A stretch of 64,000 bases of DNA from Catajapyx aquilonaris. Taxonomy: Eukaryota. Under the pieces are notes generated by a model, which saw nothing but the letters and a program-made list of their open reading frames with translations, did no database searches and was not told the origin of the DNA. A program made the position numbers and the translations under genes. Where the stretch lies: the NCBI GenBank assembly GCA_000934665.2, contig KZ538304.1, positions 1-64,000 of the forward strand, in the 5' to 3' direction. Shown here in pieces: positions 27,201-39,700 of this stretch. Position 1 is the first letter of the stretch, and each line of letters begins with the position of its first letter.

Positions 27201-28590
27201 ACACGGCAATTAGCAAAGTTGGCTCCCTTACAACTTACAACAACTGAATCTAGGGTAACTGTTCCTGCACTTAAATGGTCAGCGACTTTGTAAAATGCGG
27301 GGGCCATTATTTTTAAAAACTTGAACCGTTATAATCCCCCCCATCGTAAGTTACAAAAATCCTTTAATGCCCGATTAAGAAAGTAGCGCAACATGTTAAA
27401 AAATCGCTACCAACTTTTGTGAAATGTTCGTGCCAAGCAGCGCTTAACATTTTCAGTACGTTAATTGCGATTAATCTGCACTAATGCCGTATGCTGCTTA
27501 AGCTAAAAGCTACATTTAACAAACTGTGTCACTCATGTAGCAGGTTTGTTGTCTTAAAAATTACTGATAAAAATATTTTTAAAGAACCGACTCATACAGC
27601 AGTGCAACTTGAGTGCAACAGTAAAATAATAACTGTTGTGAAATTGTTCCAGAATTAGAGCTGATAAATCCAAACGGCTTTGTTGCTAGTTAGTGCATTA
27701 ATTAACCTTCGTGTCTTATTTATCTCCTAGCTTCCATCTATATCTATGCATCTGCATCTCGTATATCTCTGCATCTTCTGTAACCTGTGGTGACACTTCT
27801 AATTTTATCAAGATAGCCTTAGTGTTCTGGCTTATTTCCAATCAAACACAACACGTCAACATCAATATGCTATTGTATCACATTTATATTTGGAGCTGCT
27901 CGTTTTTAAAAGCATAAAAATGACAACAAGTGTCTGATACGTTAAAAAATATTTTTACTCCCGTCTTGTCATCTTAATGAAGAAAAAAAAAACATTGATC
28001 CTTGCCTGTCGGATTAATGCGTGAACACAGATTGTTTTGCGTTTGACAAGTTGTTTATATATGTCGTTTATTTTTACGTGTCATATTTGTACATTTTAAA
28101 TAGCTGACTTTGACAAGGGCGTGTCGTGATGTGATTATTGTGCTGCGATTATTTACCGAACTAGTTGCCATTTGATCAAATAGCTCCTGGCACATTTTTT
28201 TCGCCAATTAATTAATTTGTGTTACGAGGTAAGAGTGGATCACCTATGTCCACATGTGACATATCACGTCCCTCAGCACCCCTCTCACCAGCAAAAATTT
28301 CGCACAGCAGGAGCAAGCATGCCAAGTCGTGCAAAACAAGTATATGTACTACAACTCACCTCGATCTGACTGCACGAGTCCTCGGGGCAGGCCCTGACCT
28401 TCTTCTTCTGGGCAGAGAGGAGGGCTCGAAAGGAGGCCTCCAGCCTCTGGAAGCTGACCCCAGACAGGGCCCGATACACGTTGGGCTTTCTTCTACTCCA
28501 GGACCTGGCTCCGGATGCAATCACCGGAACGGGTCGAGCACACGGGTCCTCACCACACCAATCCTCTTGCACGCTTCCGTTCACAGACAT
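24281..28590 (-). CDS. Six-exon N-terminal branch (429 codons) of an unidentified large gene; Ser/acidic-rich, probably disordered
   Basis: ATG at 28590. Exons 28360-28590, 26736-26920, 26275-26382, 25904-26115, 25262-25598 and 24281-24495 all have GT-AG boundaries and chain stop-free with donor phases 0,2,2,1,2,1. Confidence 0.75.
24580..25230. mobile_element. Foldback/MITE-like element built from repeated inverted modules
   Basis: ggttgcaccaactccaggaaaaatatt at the left end mirrors aatattttcctggggttggtgcaacc at the right end. Internal ggttgcacc/ggtgcaac and ttttccggccggaaaa modules recur in both orientations. Confidence 0.75.
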
Positions 28591-30179
28591 TTTTCGATAT
28601 ATCCACTTCCTTTTGTCTCTTCAAAAACAGTTTGGGTCACATCCCGACACTCGGAGCCTCAATGTCAACTGGAGATTTTTTAGGAGGAAAAATGAATAAC
28701 GGTGATTTCCGTGCAAATAAGGCCGCTCTTTTGTACGCGTTATAAATAGCTGCGCACGCAATGTCCGGACGACTTTCACTAGTTTCATACAGCGTATCAC
28801 CCCAACTATAATGGGCTGGTAGCATTAAGTGATATTCGCGAATTCTCAACGAAATTGTACGAATTCTCCATGAGATTGTGCGAATTCTGTTCAACAGAAC
28901 TTGTCTAGACCAAGTACGACACGAATTGTGGTCCAAACCTCAACTCTCACGGTGTTTTTTTTTCTTCTCATCCTATTTTTGATTGGACGATTTGCGACCA
29001 CATAACCGTCCGCAGATAACAAGCTCGGATTTGACATGGGGACAGGTGACATTTCCTGTCGTTAAGAAAACGGCGACTATTTCGCCAACTTTTGTATACG
29101 TTGAGTCCGAGCTGTCCTTTGCATAAGTATTGCCCAATTAGAAGAGCGGTACAGTATCTTGTATGGGCCGGTAAGGTACAGTACTCGTTAGGCTCTTTCA
29201 AGGACAGGTAATCTAACGGTTGAGATCTTCAGCAGTTAGGCCATTTAGCCAGTCGGGGCTTTTAGCTTGACCTTTCACCCTCTGAGAAATCCGTCCAGAT
29301 TAATGCAAAATAGTACGGTCACCTCAAAAAAATGAACGGTATGCAAGTGCAAGTGTCTTGCTAAACTGGCTCTAAAGCTGTCCCCCTTTTACTCTATTTT
29401 ACGTACCACCCCACAAAAAAAAATATAAAGATATGCAAAAGATCCGTTACTCGTTTTGCAGTCAAACCGTTTTCCATGTTACGATCCCCCCTCTCCATGC
29501 ATTATTCATTCTTGCAAAAAAGGATCCTAAAAACCATTATCGCCGCAAATCCAGCCGGGTTTAAGCTTTGGGTGCTGGGGATGACCGAGGGACCTTCATT
29601 ACTCGGTACGTGTAATTGCAATGAAGGAATTAAAACCCCCCGGATTGCAATCGACCCATCCACACATTACGGGAGAAACTCTACCAAAAAAAAATTCTAA
29701 ATGATGGGAGTTGCGCCAATGACTCACTTATTTTCCGGTCCCCCAAACATCCGGCTATTGCCCTTGAAACAAAAATTCGAGCCTGAGTGAGACACGTGGC
29801 AGGTGGGCGCTAAAATTTTGTGTGTCCCAAAGGTCCCAAAAATAATCTGTCCCACATCCTATTCCTGTCACAGCCAGTAAACAAAAGCTCAGGTAACAAT
29901 CGTGCCCATCAACAAGCAGCATGGAGCCCTAAAAATAAAAATTCGGCAAAAATTCCGAATAAATCATGCCGATTCGACAAGGTCTACTTTTGCTCTGGGG
30001 AAAGGCAAAAAAAAGGCCGATTCTAAAATTAAAACCCACCTCCGGATGCCAAGCAAAAGCTCACGAGTTCATTCAAACCGTGCAATTATACCAAGCCTTG
30101 ATTTCCGCGTGCACTTTTAGCCACATCTCATTACAGCCTATTTACAACGCAACAGTTAAATTTTATTCAGTCGACAAAG

Positions 30180-30514
30180 TACACGGGGCATTAATGGTGT
30201 CGTACTTGTGGCGCCGAGAGCCGATGGCGATAAAAGAGCGAATCGAAAGTTGCCTCCGGATGACCGCATTCACTTATGATGAAGCGAAGGCGGTCATCCG
30301 GAGTGCAAATTTGTCGTACTGGTAGCGCCACAAGCCATTGTGACAAAAGATGAGAAGAAATTAAATATTACATATTAATATTAAAAGATTTAATGATCGA
30401 GGCCGTCATACAAAGGGCAAATTTCGATCAAATGAAGGTGGTCATCCGGAGGCAACTTTCAATTCACTCGTTCGTGGCGCCACAAGTGCAACACCATTAA
30501 TGTCCAGCACTGTA
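30180..30514. mobile_element. Tc1/mariner-type MITE; partial family members at ~620-680, ~2900-3090, ~11840-11905 and ~42200-42250
   Basis: cattaatggtgtcgtacttgtggcgcc versus ggcgccacaagtgcaacaccattaatgtccagcactg|TA; the right end reads CAGTGCTGG on the minus strand; the left end is degenerate. Confidence 0.7.
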
Positions 30515-30849
30515 CCATACCCATCATAATATGGAATAACCAGCAGGACAGCCCCTATGTACTATTCGCGAAAAAACCCTGCACCACATGTGCTAAATTC
30601 CATTACGCAATCCGCGAGCCATTGAGTCCAAAAGCCTGCAAAGTGGCCGTTGTCGACCTTATGACCTCTCTCGTCCCGCAAACTCCCCAAGATGGGCCCG
30701 TTGCCAAAAACAGCCCCAGCCATTCAGTTTCCGCCTGGTGCCACCCCCGGCAGCCTCTCTAGAGCTAGCTAGGAAAATCCAATCCTCTCCAAGTCCGCAC
30801 AAGTCACTCTAAAACACAGCACAAGAGCAGCTGCAATGGAGGTCCTCAC

Positions 30850-30877
30850 CAGAACGCTGCATGGCCACTACTGCCAT
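30850..30877 (-). CDS. Candidate alternative first coding exon (MAVVAMQRS)
   Basis: gccATGG context, 9 codons + 1 nt, phase-1 donor CTG|gtgagg. Short, so a chance match is possible. Confidence 0.4.
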
Positions 30878-33800
30878 GGCCCACTATGTTAACACACAAA
30901 CGGGTTTTCCTCTGGACATCCTCACGCACACATATAAAAAAAAGTCAGTGAATAGGGGGCATTCCTACATAGGAAAATTTCGACTGAAAATTATCGGCGT
31001 ACGATACGACATTATAATTAAAGGCTACAAAAATAGCCGGGTTCGTGCTCTTTTTTATTATTTAAAAAAAAAAAGCTAATGATGATGACTGGACAGGAAT
31101 GTTGACAGGTAATGGCAAGGACCGGTCAGGGCGAAATGATATAAACCCAGTGATGGAACTGGTCGTCATTACAGTGTGACCCGTTACACTTCCGCAATGG
31201 TTATAATCGCCATTCCTCGTGACGAATCGCGCAAATTATGCCGGCTGACTGGATAATTATTTATTGCTTCGGTCGTCACTCTTAAGAATCGGGAGGGACT
31301 GCTGGACACTTCCGGAATCTTCAAAACTTTTGGCAGCACTGTCCGCTATAAAAGTCCGAATCGCGGTGTCCATCGCAGACTGCAGAAATAATCGAGCGCG
31401 TATTTTTCTAGTGTTAATTAAAAAATCTTTATGAAATGAGTGTCGGCTCCTTGTGATTTCGCCCAGGGAAAGTAATAGACGGTCGTAAAAGCTGCCTGCA
31501 TGGTACAGTCCCACGTGACACGGCATGAGCGACAACACAGGAGGCAACGAACCTCCGAAAGCCATATATAATAATAATTCCAACCCGTCCCCTCCAGCAA
31601 TCCAAACGACAACAATCAAGCTCGAGCAACACAACACAACGGCCACTCTTTTTTTTATTTTTAATGTTCGCCAAATTTTTTTCTCTCACCATTCTTTCAC
31701 TTCTTTCTCTCTCCACACACACAGCCAGTTGTTATCACCTGGAAAGATCAGGGGCACCGACCGAACTTGGAGGCGCTTTTACCCGTCAAGCATAATCATG
31801 ACTCATATGATTCGCATTCCTTCGCATTCATCTTCGTCACACCTGACTCGGAAAAAAAAGGGTGAGTGAATCAGGAACATACTTTTTCCGGGGGGGCTCT
31901 TATTTATTGCATCACACGATTGTTATTTACGTCTGTTTTTCACCCTAAAAGTTGTAGCATGATCCGGATGCAGGTGAGTGTACTTCTGTGTCGCCCGTCC
32001 GGATGAGTGACTTTAACCCCAACAGTGCAGTGGTCGAAATAATGAGATTACCTAGGGTGTAATACAGTGTGGGAATTTGGCTCTATATTTAACTGCAGCC
32101 TGAGACTAGTATCGATCATTTGCGTTGCAACCTGCCAACATTATAGCCTTCGTTTTTTTTTTTGAAATATTCAGCAATTTAATCTGGCTGTGCACATCTT
32201 GCAAATTTTATCGGAAGTTGTCTGGCTGCAATGCTGGGGTCACCTCGAGTCCTGAGGCGGCTGACCACAACTGACGGTCACAAGTTCATTCTCTCACGCC
32301 CACGCCCCCGTATAATGCGCCTGAGATAAATCCACCAGCCTGAGCCATTGCTAGAAAACTCGATCCCCTGTGTATGCAGCATCTGAATTCATTTAAACAC
32401 AAAAATACTGAGCATGCAACGTAACATCCTTTGGGGAAAAAAATATTTTAAAAACAAGGATGCGCGAAAAATGTAGTTCCCCTTCCCTTCCTCTCCCCAT
32501 GTTATTATTTCGCAATTGGCCCATTCTTTTCCCACGAAAACTCGTTGCCCTGTTGTTTTGCACCTCCTCCCACTAATAACCCACCTTTCTACTTAACCAC
32601 ACCCATTTTTATCAACCAGATCCCCTTTCCATGCAAACGACCTCTCGAGTTCAACATCGACTCCTAAAGAATCGACCCTCCAAGAATAGGGGGGGTTTAA
32701 AATAACAGCTCTCTCTCTCTTTTCTAATCAATTATTCAATATTCTTATGTAGTACCGCACCTTCCGTCTGAGGTCATGGATTCATACAGGTTAAAAAGCC
32801 CAGATTTTATACGACCTTAAACTGTCCAGATTTCTAACCATACACCTTTGAATTAAAATCTATGTAAATCTATGTCAACAATTAGCGTCAAATAAACTGG
32901 GCTTAAATATTCAAACGCGCCTGCAAATCTTTCCTGTAAGTCTGACCTAACATAACCTTCAAATCACGTTAAATAGTAAGCCCGTCGTGAAACATGCAAA
33001 TAAACAGTCCGGTCCAATAAAAAGACAATGTTACGAGACACTCGATGGTTCAGTAAAAAAATAACAACAACAAAAACACCCCCAAAGCTCCGTCATTAAA
33101 CTCGGATTAACTTTCAGGCAGATAACATGGCTTTTCCGGGATAGAAAAAAAAACCCTTAATGTGTTCCTAAAAGTTTCCTGTTTACGCAATGTTGATGCT
33201 GGGTGTGTTTGTCAGAAATGTGTACTGTGTAGGTTGTGAACACCTCCCTTCGCAGCTATTACGCTACGCTTCGGCTCTTCAAGGTGATCGGGATTGGGTC
33301 GCATACCGGAAAACCTTTTTATCTCACCGTGGGGTTTTTAAACAGGTGATCCCGCAGGAGTCAACAGCTTCCATGACCTCTAACAAAGTGCCGGTACAAC
33401 ACCTTCACACATCACGACAACGAATCACGCGCACTAATTTCAAACGCAAAAAAAAACAATCGGAAAAATCTTCGGCCGGAAGAAAATCACCAAAATATAA
33501 GCATGACGCAAGACAAACAAAAGCCCATTATATCCATCACCATCCGTCCTGATAACAGTCGGAAAAATCACGGCACCGAAACACAATTGCGCAATTGGCA
33601 AGACTTCCTGCCTGTTGCATTGTGGCAGCTAACTGCAACAATAACATGTCCGGAGGTGTTTTTTTTTTAATGGTGATGTTCCAGTGGCCTTCCCAATTGC
33701 GATAAATAAATGCTGGATGACGTCAAGCCCAAATGAAGGATGAGTCGAAATATTAGCCGAAGATTCACCTCGTCCTTGAAATACAACCCACAAAGTGTAA

Positions 33801-34879
33801 CTGCGACGAAATTTTAAAGTACAGGGTGAGCCGGAAATGTAGCACTCGGATAAATCAGTAAATAATGTGCCAGAAAGCCAATTAATAATGTGCCATAAAG
33901 TCGCTATTCCAATGGAAATTAATAGTCAACCCGTTGCCGAAATTTGTCAACACTGCCCGGCTCGAATGTAGGGACAATAAAGTCGCGCCTAGCTAATTCC
34001 GTATTAAAATGTGGCAACACTGCCCGGTCCGCAAAGTGCGATGTGACCATCCGTGCAACAAAGAGTGCAAGGTCGCACCTTGTAATTAACCTAATAACCT
34101 CTCAGCTCCGGGCAAATTCGCCAAAACGAACGGATAGTTAAGCACACAACAATTATTCGCGAAATGAACCGAGAACGATTTCTTCTGATCGCACTGCACT
34201 GCACACACATTCACATATGTGAGGATCCAAGCACAGTGTGTGGTTGGATCTCTCTGTGTTTCACATTCACTATGCAGGTAACCAGTTGCAAGGAAGGCGG
34301 TGCCACCACCACCTCCACCACCACCTCTCTCGTCAACAACTTCCCCCCTACCTCACCCTCACCTCTCTTCAAAATCGCTTGTGGGCTGCTTTTTCCCATG
34401 GGCTTCCAATTCATCCAGAGTATGGAGGGGGATCAAAGACCGCCAAATCGACCGTCCCGGGCCAACGTTCTCTTCCTTATATGTTTTACCAATTGGCAAC
34501 CTCGGAGCACCCTGTGTTTTATTCGCAATATTGATTTTAAAAAATGATCGTGATCCAAAAAATTGCGAGCAAGCCTTTCTCTTGGCGTTATCTCTTCTCG
34601 CTCTCTCGGCCAGCCAAGTCGTGGATAAAGTGTCATCCAATAATTATGTGGCTCTCCTTTATATGTGGGTCTGTCCACCCGAGCAAAGCCAGGAGATTAC
34701 GGCTGGCCATTGGTCGCCTTGGTAACAGTGGAGGGGTGTGTACGTTGGAAAGGGGGGGAGAGGAAAATTCCCAGCCAAATAAGTACAAATGGAGTTAAGG
34801 TCATGCAGTGCAAGTAGGCCATACTTTGGGCCGAGAAAATAGGGTCGACTCCTCAGTCCTCACAGAGATCATTACGTCG

Positions 34880-35036
34880 TTCATAGATGGCGCACCCTCC
34901 CTCTCTGCACACTACTGCCACTCTCAGGGTCATGCGGGGGAAAGAAGTACTATATGCAGCTCATAGATGGCGCAATCTCCCTCTCTGCACACTACTGCTG
35001 TCACTGTCATGCGGAAGAAAGTGGTACTACACGCAC
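34880..35036 (+). repeat. Two tandem copies of a dispersed repeat (others at ~17700-17800 reverse, ~26635-26710, ~37780-37890, ~41100-41280, ~44515-44595)
   Basis: Shared core tagatggcgcaccctccctctctgcacactactgccactctc...catgcgg...aaagtggtactac. Confidence 0.85.
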
Positions 35037-35851
35037 CTTCATAAACTGAGGCGATGACTCACCCCGCACAATTCGACGTTGCCGAATTTGACTGTCCGAT
35101 ACGACTTGGCAACAATGCCATTAGTGTCCACCACGTGTCCGACAATTCGGTTTGGGCGCCAGCGAACCCTCCACACAAACGAACAGAAAAGAAGCATGGT
35201 TTGGCTCCAAATCGCGTCATGATTGCCATGGCAAATTTGGCCTGTCCCCAAATCCAATATTGCACACCCTCTCGTATCAACCCCCCCACGGCGAGGGTGA
35301 TTCATCGTACACGTCACTGCAGGACAAGGTCCCCGAAAAAAAAAAAGTTGTCCCTTTTATTTTAACAGAGACCTTCACCTTCTCACCTTCACTTTTTTTT
35401 TAAAAAAAAAAAAATCGAGCTTCCCGAGTCAGGAATATATTTAGACTTCCTCTCTGAAACCTTTTAACGATCATTTCCCCCCAGCACCTAACCCCCCCCC
35501 TTTTTTTTTCTTTTATAGACATAAAAATTTTCTCGTGTGCTTTCACTTTACTACAGGGTCCTCCTCCTTCTCTTTAACTTTCAAAATCAATCTCTCCAGG
35601 GCATTTTCACCAAGGCCAGCTCTCACCACACTTGACAGACTGCATGTTGCTGCAGGGGGGAAATCACTCGACAGGAAGTGCATTGGGTCACTCTTACTCC
35701 TGGATTTCTCCTGTACGCATAATATTTACCTGAATTCCTCCGAAATTCCATTCCAGAGGTCACACGCCGAGTATTCCAAACCCATTATCAAAAAAAATTT
35801 AACTCGTGTTATTAAGCAGTTGGTAGTAACAGTTACTTGCAAAATAATATA

Positions 35852-36028
35852 CAGGGTGTTTCAACTTTTTCGTCCGAACGTAGCCAGAATATGCGCCAAC
35901 ATTCCTGGCACATCCCTCAACTGATAAAGCCAGGGAAGCTATCACTGGTTGCAAGCCACTGCTAAAAAATAAGCAGCTTAGTGCATCATTTCCGATAATT
36001 GTTCGGACAAAAAAGTTGAGACACCCTG
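35852..36028. mobile_element. Tc1/mariner-type MITE (CAGGGTG ends)
   Basis: TA|cagggtgtttcaactttttcgtccgaac ... gttcggacaaaaaagttgagacaccctg. Confidence 0.8.
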
Positions 36029-36167
36029 CATAGCTACTATTGTCGCCACATAATTTTTTGATAGCCATTAAAAGTAACCGTGTAATAACAAGCATATCAG
36101 CTGTTATAACAGTTATTTCCAACAAAAAGAGCCACCATGCAACCTGATGACATTTTCACAACAGGTA

Positions 36168-36168
<1 letters not shown>

Positions 36169-36215
<47 letters not shown>
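36169..36215. repeat. (ATT)n microsatellite; also (GT)n at ~11173-11198 and (AAG)n at ~22832-22866
   Basis: Directly visible simple repeats. Confidence 0.95.
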
Positions 36216-36554
36216 CAAGCAATTGCTTAATATATTGTAAAATCATTTGCATTAAAAATAATAGCTATCATTGACATAAACCAACCACACATTTTTGATA
36301 GCCATTAGCAATCCAAACCCATTCTAAAAATTTAACGCGTGCAGTTGTTTCTAGCAGTTATTTGCCAAATAACTATTACCACTGTCGCCATGCAAACGAA
36401 TATTTTGGATAGTCGTCACACATAATTAAGCAGTTACTTGTAACAGTTATTATTCAACAGAATAGCTGTTATTTCCGCCATCCAACCGAATATTATGGTT
36501 GGTCATTGGAAGTAACTGCTTAATAACAAGCACATTGTTATTCAGTTACTTAAG

Positions 36555-36656
36555 ACAGTTATTTTCAAAATGGCTATTGTCGGTTGGTTGATAGCCATTA
36601 CAGCTCGCTATAATGGCTATCAACCAACTGACAATAGCCATTTTTAAAATAACTGT
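36555..36656. repeat. Near-perfect ~45-bp-stem hairpin
   Basis: aaaatggctattgtcggttggttgatagccatta / taatggctatcaaccaactgacaatagccatttt with a 10-nt loop. Confidence 0.85.
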
Positions 36657-36747
36657 GTTTAACTAATATTTAAAACATTAGTTAAACCAGAATTATTAAT
36701 AAAGCTGTTGGTTCCAAAAATCGCCAACTAATATCCTGCGTGATATA

Positions 36748-36954
36748 CAGGGTGGTCAAAGTTCAAGTGTCGTTTTATAACGGCGATTAATAGCAGTGAT
36801 TTTGCGATGACGTAGCAGCGACGCGTTAAATGTCCCACTTCGGCGCATCTTCGGCGCAATCGAAGTGGGCAATTTTACACGTCGCTGCTACGTCCTCGTT
36901 AAGCGCTTCTATTAATCGCCGTTATAAAACGACACTTGAACTTGGACCACCCTG
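36748..36954. mobile_element. Tc1/mariner-type MITE, almost fully palindromic, TA-flanked
   Basis: TA|cagggtggtcaaagttcaagtgtcgttttataacggcgattaatag ... ctattaatcgccgttataaaacgacacttgaacttggaccaccctg|TA. Confidence 0.92.
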
Positions 36955-38344
36955 TATAACGTTATAATTATTTCAATGGATTGTTTCCTCGGTATGTAAT
37001 CTGTAAATAATGTGACACCTATGTATAATGAAGTTGCTATAATTATGTGCCGACTTGCTTGTTCCGGATCAAGTTACACGAGACTCATTTTACTTTGTAC
37101 CAAATTTTTAAAGGATTTACAACTTTGAGAAAAAAAAGAGAGAGAGAAAAAAATGGATTAAACCGCAGTCGTAACAAGTGCGGATTCAAGATCCAGAAAA
37201 GTGCTGTGTAATTAGCGGGCCTTAATTAAGGGGGGCGGAGGGGGTATACAGCGAGACTGGAGGTTTTCGCTTTCATAGTAGGCGGAGCGCTGCAGCAGTC
37301 ATCATTAGCAATATCGTTAATTGCAGCAAGCATCAGGCGAGAGGAAAATGGCCCCAGTGTAATAGATCGATGACATTTATTTTTTTCCCCCTTTTCTTTT
37401 CACTGCTGCGCTTTTTACAGGTCTGTACAGCTCAAAAGCACGCTCAAAAGGTTCGTAATATTTATTAACTTTTTACGATAAAGTGTAGGCGGATGTCGAT
37501 AGCATCAGCACCTCAGGCACGTGCCTCTTGATATCGCGCATTTGCAAAAAAAAAAAAAAAAGAAAAAAAGGAGGGGGATATTATCGGCAAAAAAGGGCGG
37601 GAAAAGTCAAGGGTGCCAATGATTGGCTGGAAAGGGGGGGGGGAGGGGGAGAGAATCTGAACAAAGCTGGTGCATGTGCCAACTGTTTCTGGCAGCTCAC
37701 ATCAGCTTTTCCCATCCTCAGATATCAGATCTTCTGAATACGAGCATCACCATGCTGCTTATTCTTATGCTAGTGAAGCCATTGCCAAAACTTGGCAACA
37801 CTGCTCAGGCTCTCCGGAGTGTCCACGATGTACATTACTTAGCTCACAGATGGCGCACCCTCCCTCTCTGCACACTACTGCCACTCTCAGCTGTGCGCGA
37901 GGGGTGCGCAGTGGGTGTTAGGCAGCTCCTCTTGCGTATAATTTAATTTTTTCTAACTCTGTAAAAGTACGACCAATGCACTCAGCCTAATATTAGAAGC
38001 TAATACATTAGATGGCCCATTAAATACAGTTGTAAAGAGCAACCTGATAATGAGCAGATTCGTGCTTTAAAAAAGAGAGAGAAAAAACGGACAGTTCAAT
38101 TGGAACAGTCAGCACATACGCCCTACTTCGTGTCATTACAGCGCACTCGTTCAGAGGTCACACCCTGGCCTAATTAGCAGCCTGTGATTTTGCAACCGGT
38201 AATTAAATCGTGTCATTACCAAGGCTCAGTCACCGCAAAAAGGAGCATTTAAGAGTATTAATGGTCCTTTTTTCCCCCCGTGGTGATTCATGAGTTAGCA
38301 GTAACTTTTGGTGACACAGGCATTGCCAAATTTCGTTTCAGAAC

Positions 38345-38595
38345 ATTGGCAATGTCGCAAATGTCAGCCATTTTGTCCCCCCCCCCCCTCCCAGAAAAGC
38401 GTTGGAAATAAGTGGAAATGCAGAGAGATTACCAATATGCGTTTCAGGGAATTGGCAACGTCGCAAACGTCAGCCATTTTGTTTCCTTCGCCAAGCGTAG
38501 CGTTGGAAATACACAGCGTCCCAAATATCTTTGATATTTCAAACGATGCACGCTGCGCCAACGGTGGTGCGCAATAGATTGCGCTCGTTTAAAAA
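38345..38595 (+). repeat. Dispersed repeat (internally duplicated; another copy at ~41490-41635)
   Basis: ttggcaacgtcgcaaacgtcagccattttg...agcgttggaaata...gctgcgc...ggtgcgcaa...gctcgtttaaaaa. Confidence 0.75.
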
Positions 38596-39282
38596 TTCGT
38601 ATATACGTGCACAAACAAAGACACAGACTTAAACCAATATATGACATGTAAATAAAAGCAAATTCTGGCTAAAACAGGGTTTAAAACACAGCACCCTCGA
38701 CATTCTATCGGCTCTATCGACAAAGCAGCAAGCACTACAGACCAGCGTCAGTGGCAATCAGCTCAGGAATGTCGTACAAAAGCGCTTCCCTGCCAACTCT
38801 CCCCTAACCCCTCCAGTTTCCCCCACTTAACTTTACCATTAGTTGCCGATACATCGGGGAGTTCTTATGGCCCCCTGTCGAATTTCCACAGGTACACACG
38901 ACCGGATGGAGTGAGTGGTAGGGAAGCTGCTGAAGATTACTCTGTCATAAAAGGATCGATCCCATTCGGAGTGAGCGAGTGGGTCTCTCTCCCTTTAATT
39001 CGTAGATTATGCTCTATTTTAACAGCTGGTCCTACCCCCCCTCGTAAAAGGTCGAGATGTGTAAGGATAGTGACTGGCTTTTTCAACACGTTCAATTACA
39101 AACGTTCTCTCTTAGCTGGCTGCTGGGGCCAGCTTTCAGCCTAATTGCTTCCGTGAAATGTGAGACACGCTTTATTGGGAAACCGCTCTAGGACCCACTT
39201 GTGACTATTTTAGCCCCATATCATCGTCATTTAAACTGTTGCACTACTGCAAACACGACCTTAGCATTTCACAAATGTTGGT

Positions 39283-39700
39283 TCTCCCGCCATCTTGTGT
39301 GTTGGTGTCATCTGTGTGACTTTTGGGTGACCGCACCAGTAATGTCCTCCTTGTGGCCCTGCCAGGCACGATACTTCCAATTTGATGATAATTTTAATCG
39401 ATTGCGAGCGTCAGATGGCCGATTATTGTAGGTTTCTTCCGCCATCTTGTGTGTTGATGTCATCTGTATGACTTTTGGGTGACCGCACCAATACGGTCCG
39501 CCTTGTGGCCCCGCCAGGCACGGTGCGTCCCATTTGGCGATACATTTAATTTCTTGCGAGCGTCAGATGGGCGATTATTGTGAGTTTCTCCCGCCATCTT
39601 GGGAATGCAGGCCTTTGTATTAGTGTCATCTGTATGACTTTTGAGTGACCGCACCAGTTTGTGGCCCCGCCAGGCACGGTATGTCCAATTTGCTCGATAA
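39283..39700. repeat. Tandem repeat, ~152-bp unit, ~2.7 copies
   Basis: cgccatcttg...gtgtcatctgt.tgacttttg.gtgaccgcacca...ttgtggccc.gccaggcacg starting at ~39283, ~39436 and ~39587. Confidence 0.9.

Noticed and set aside
35063..35317. Minus-strand ORFs ending at a gtgagt donor
   Set aside because: The open frames are phase 0 or 2 rather than phase 1 and the donor overlaps an AP-1 word; insufficient support, although phase 0 could feed the 16-kb exons.
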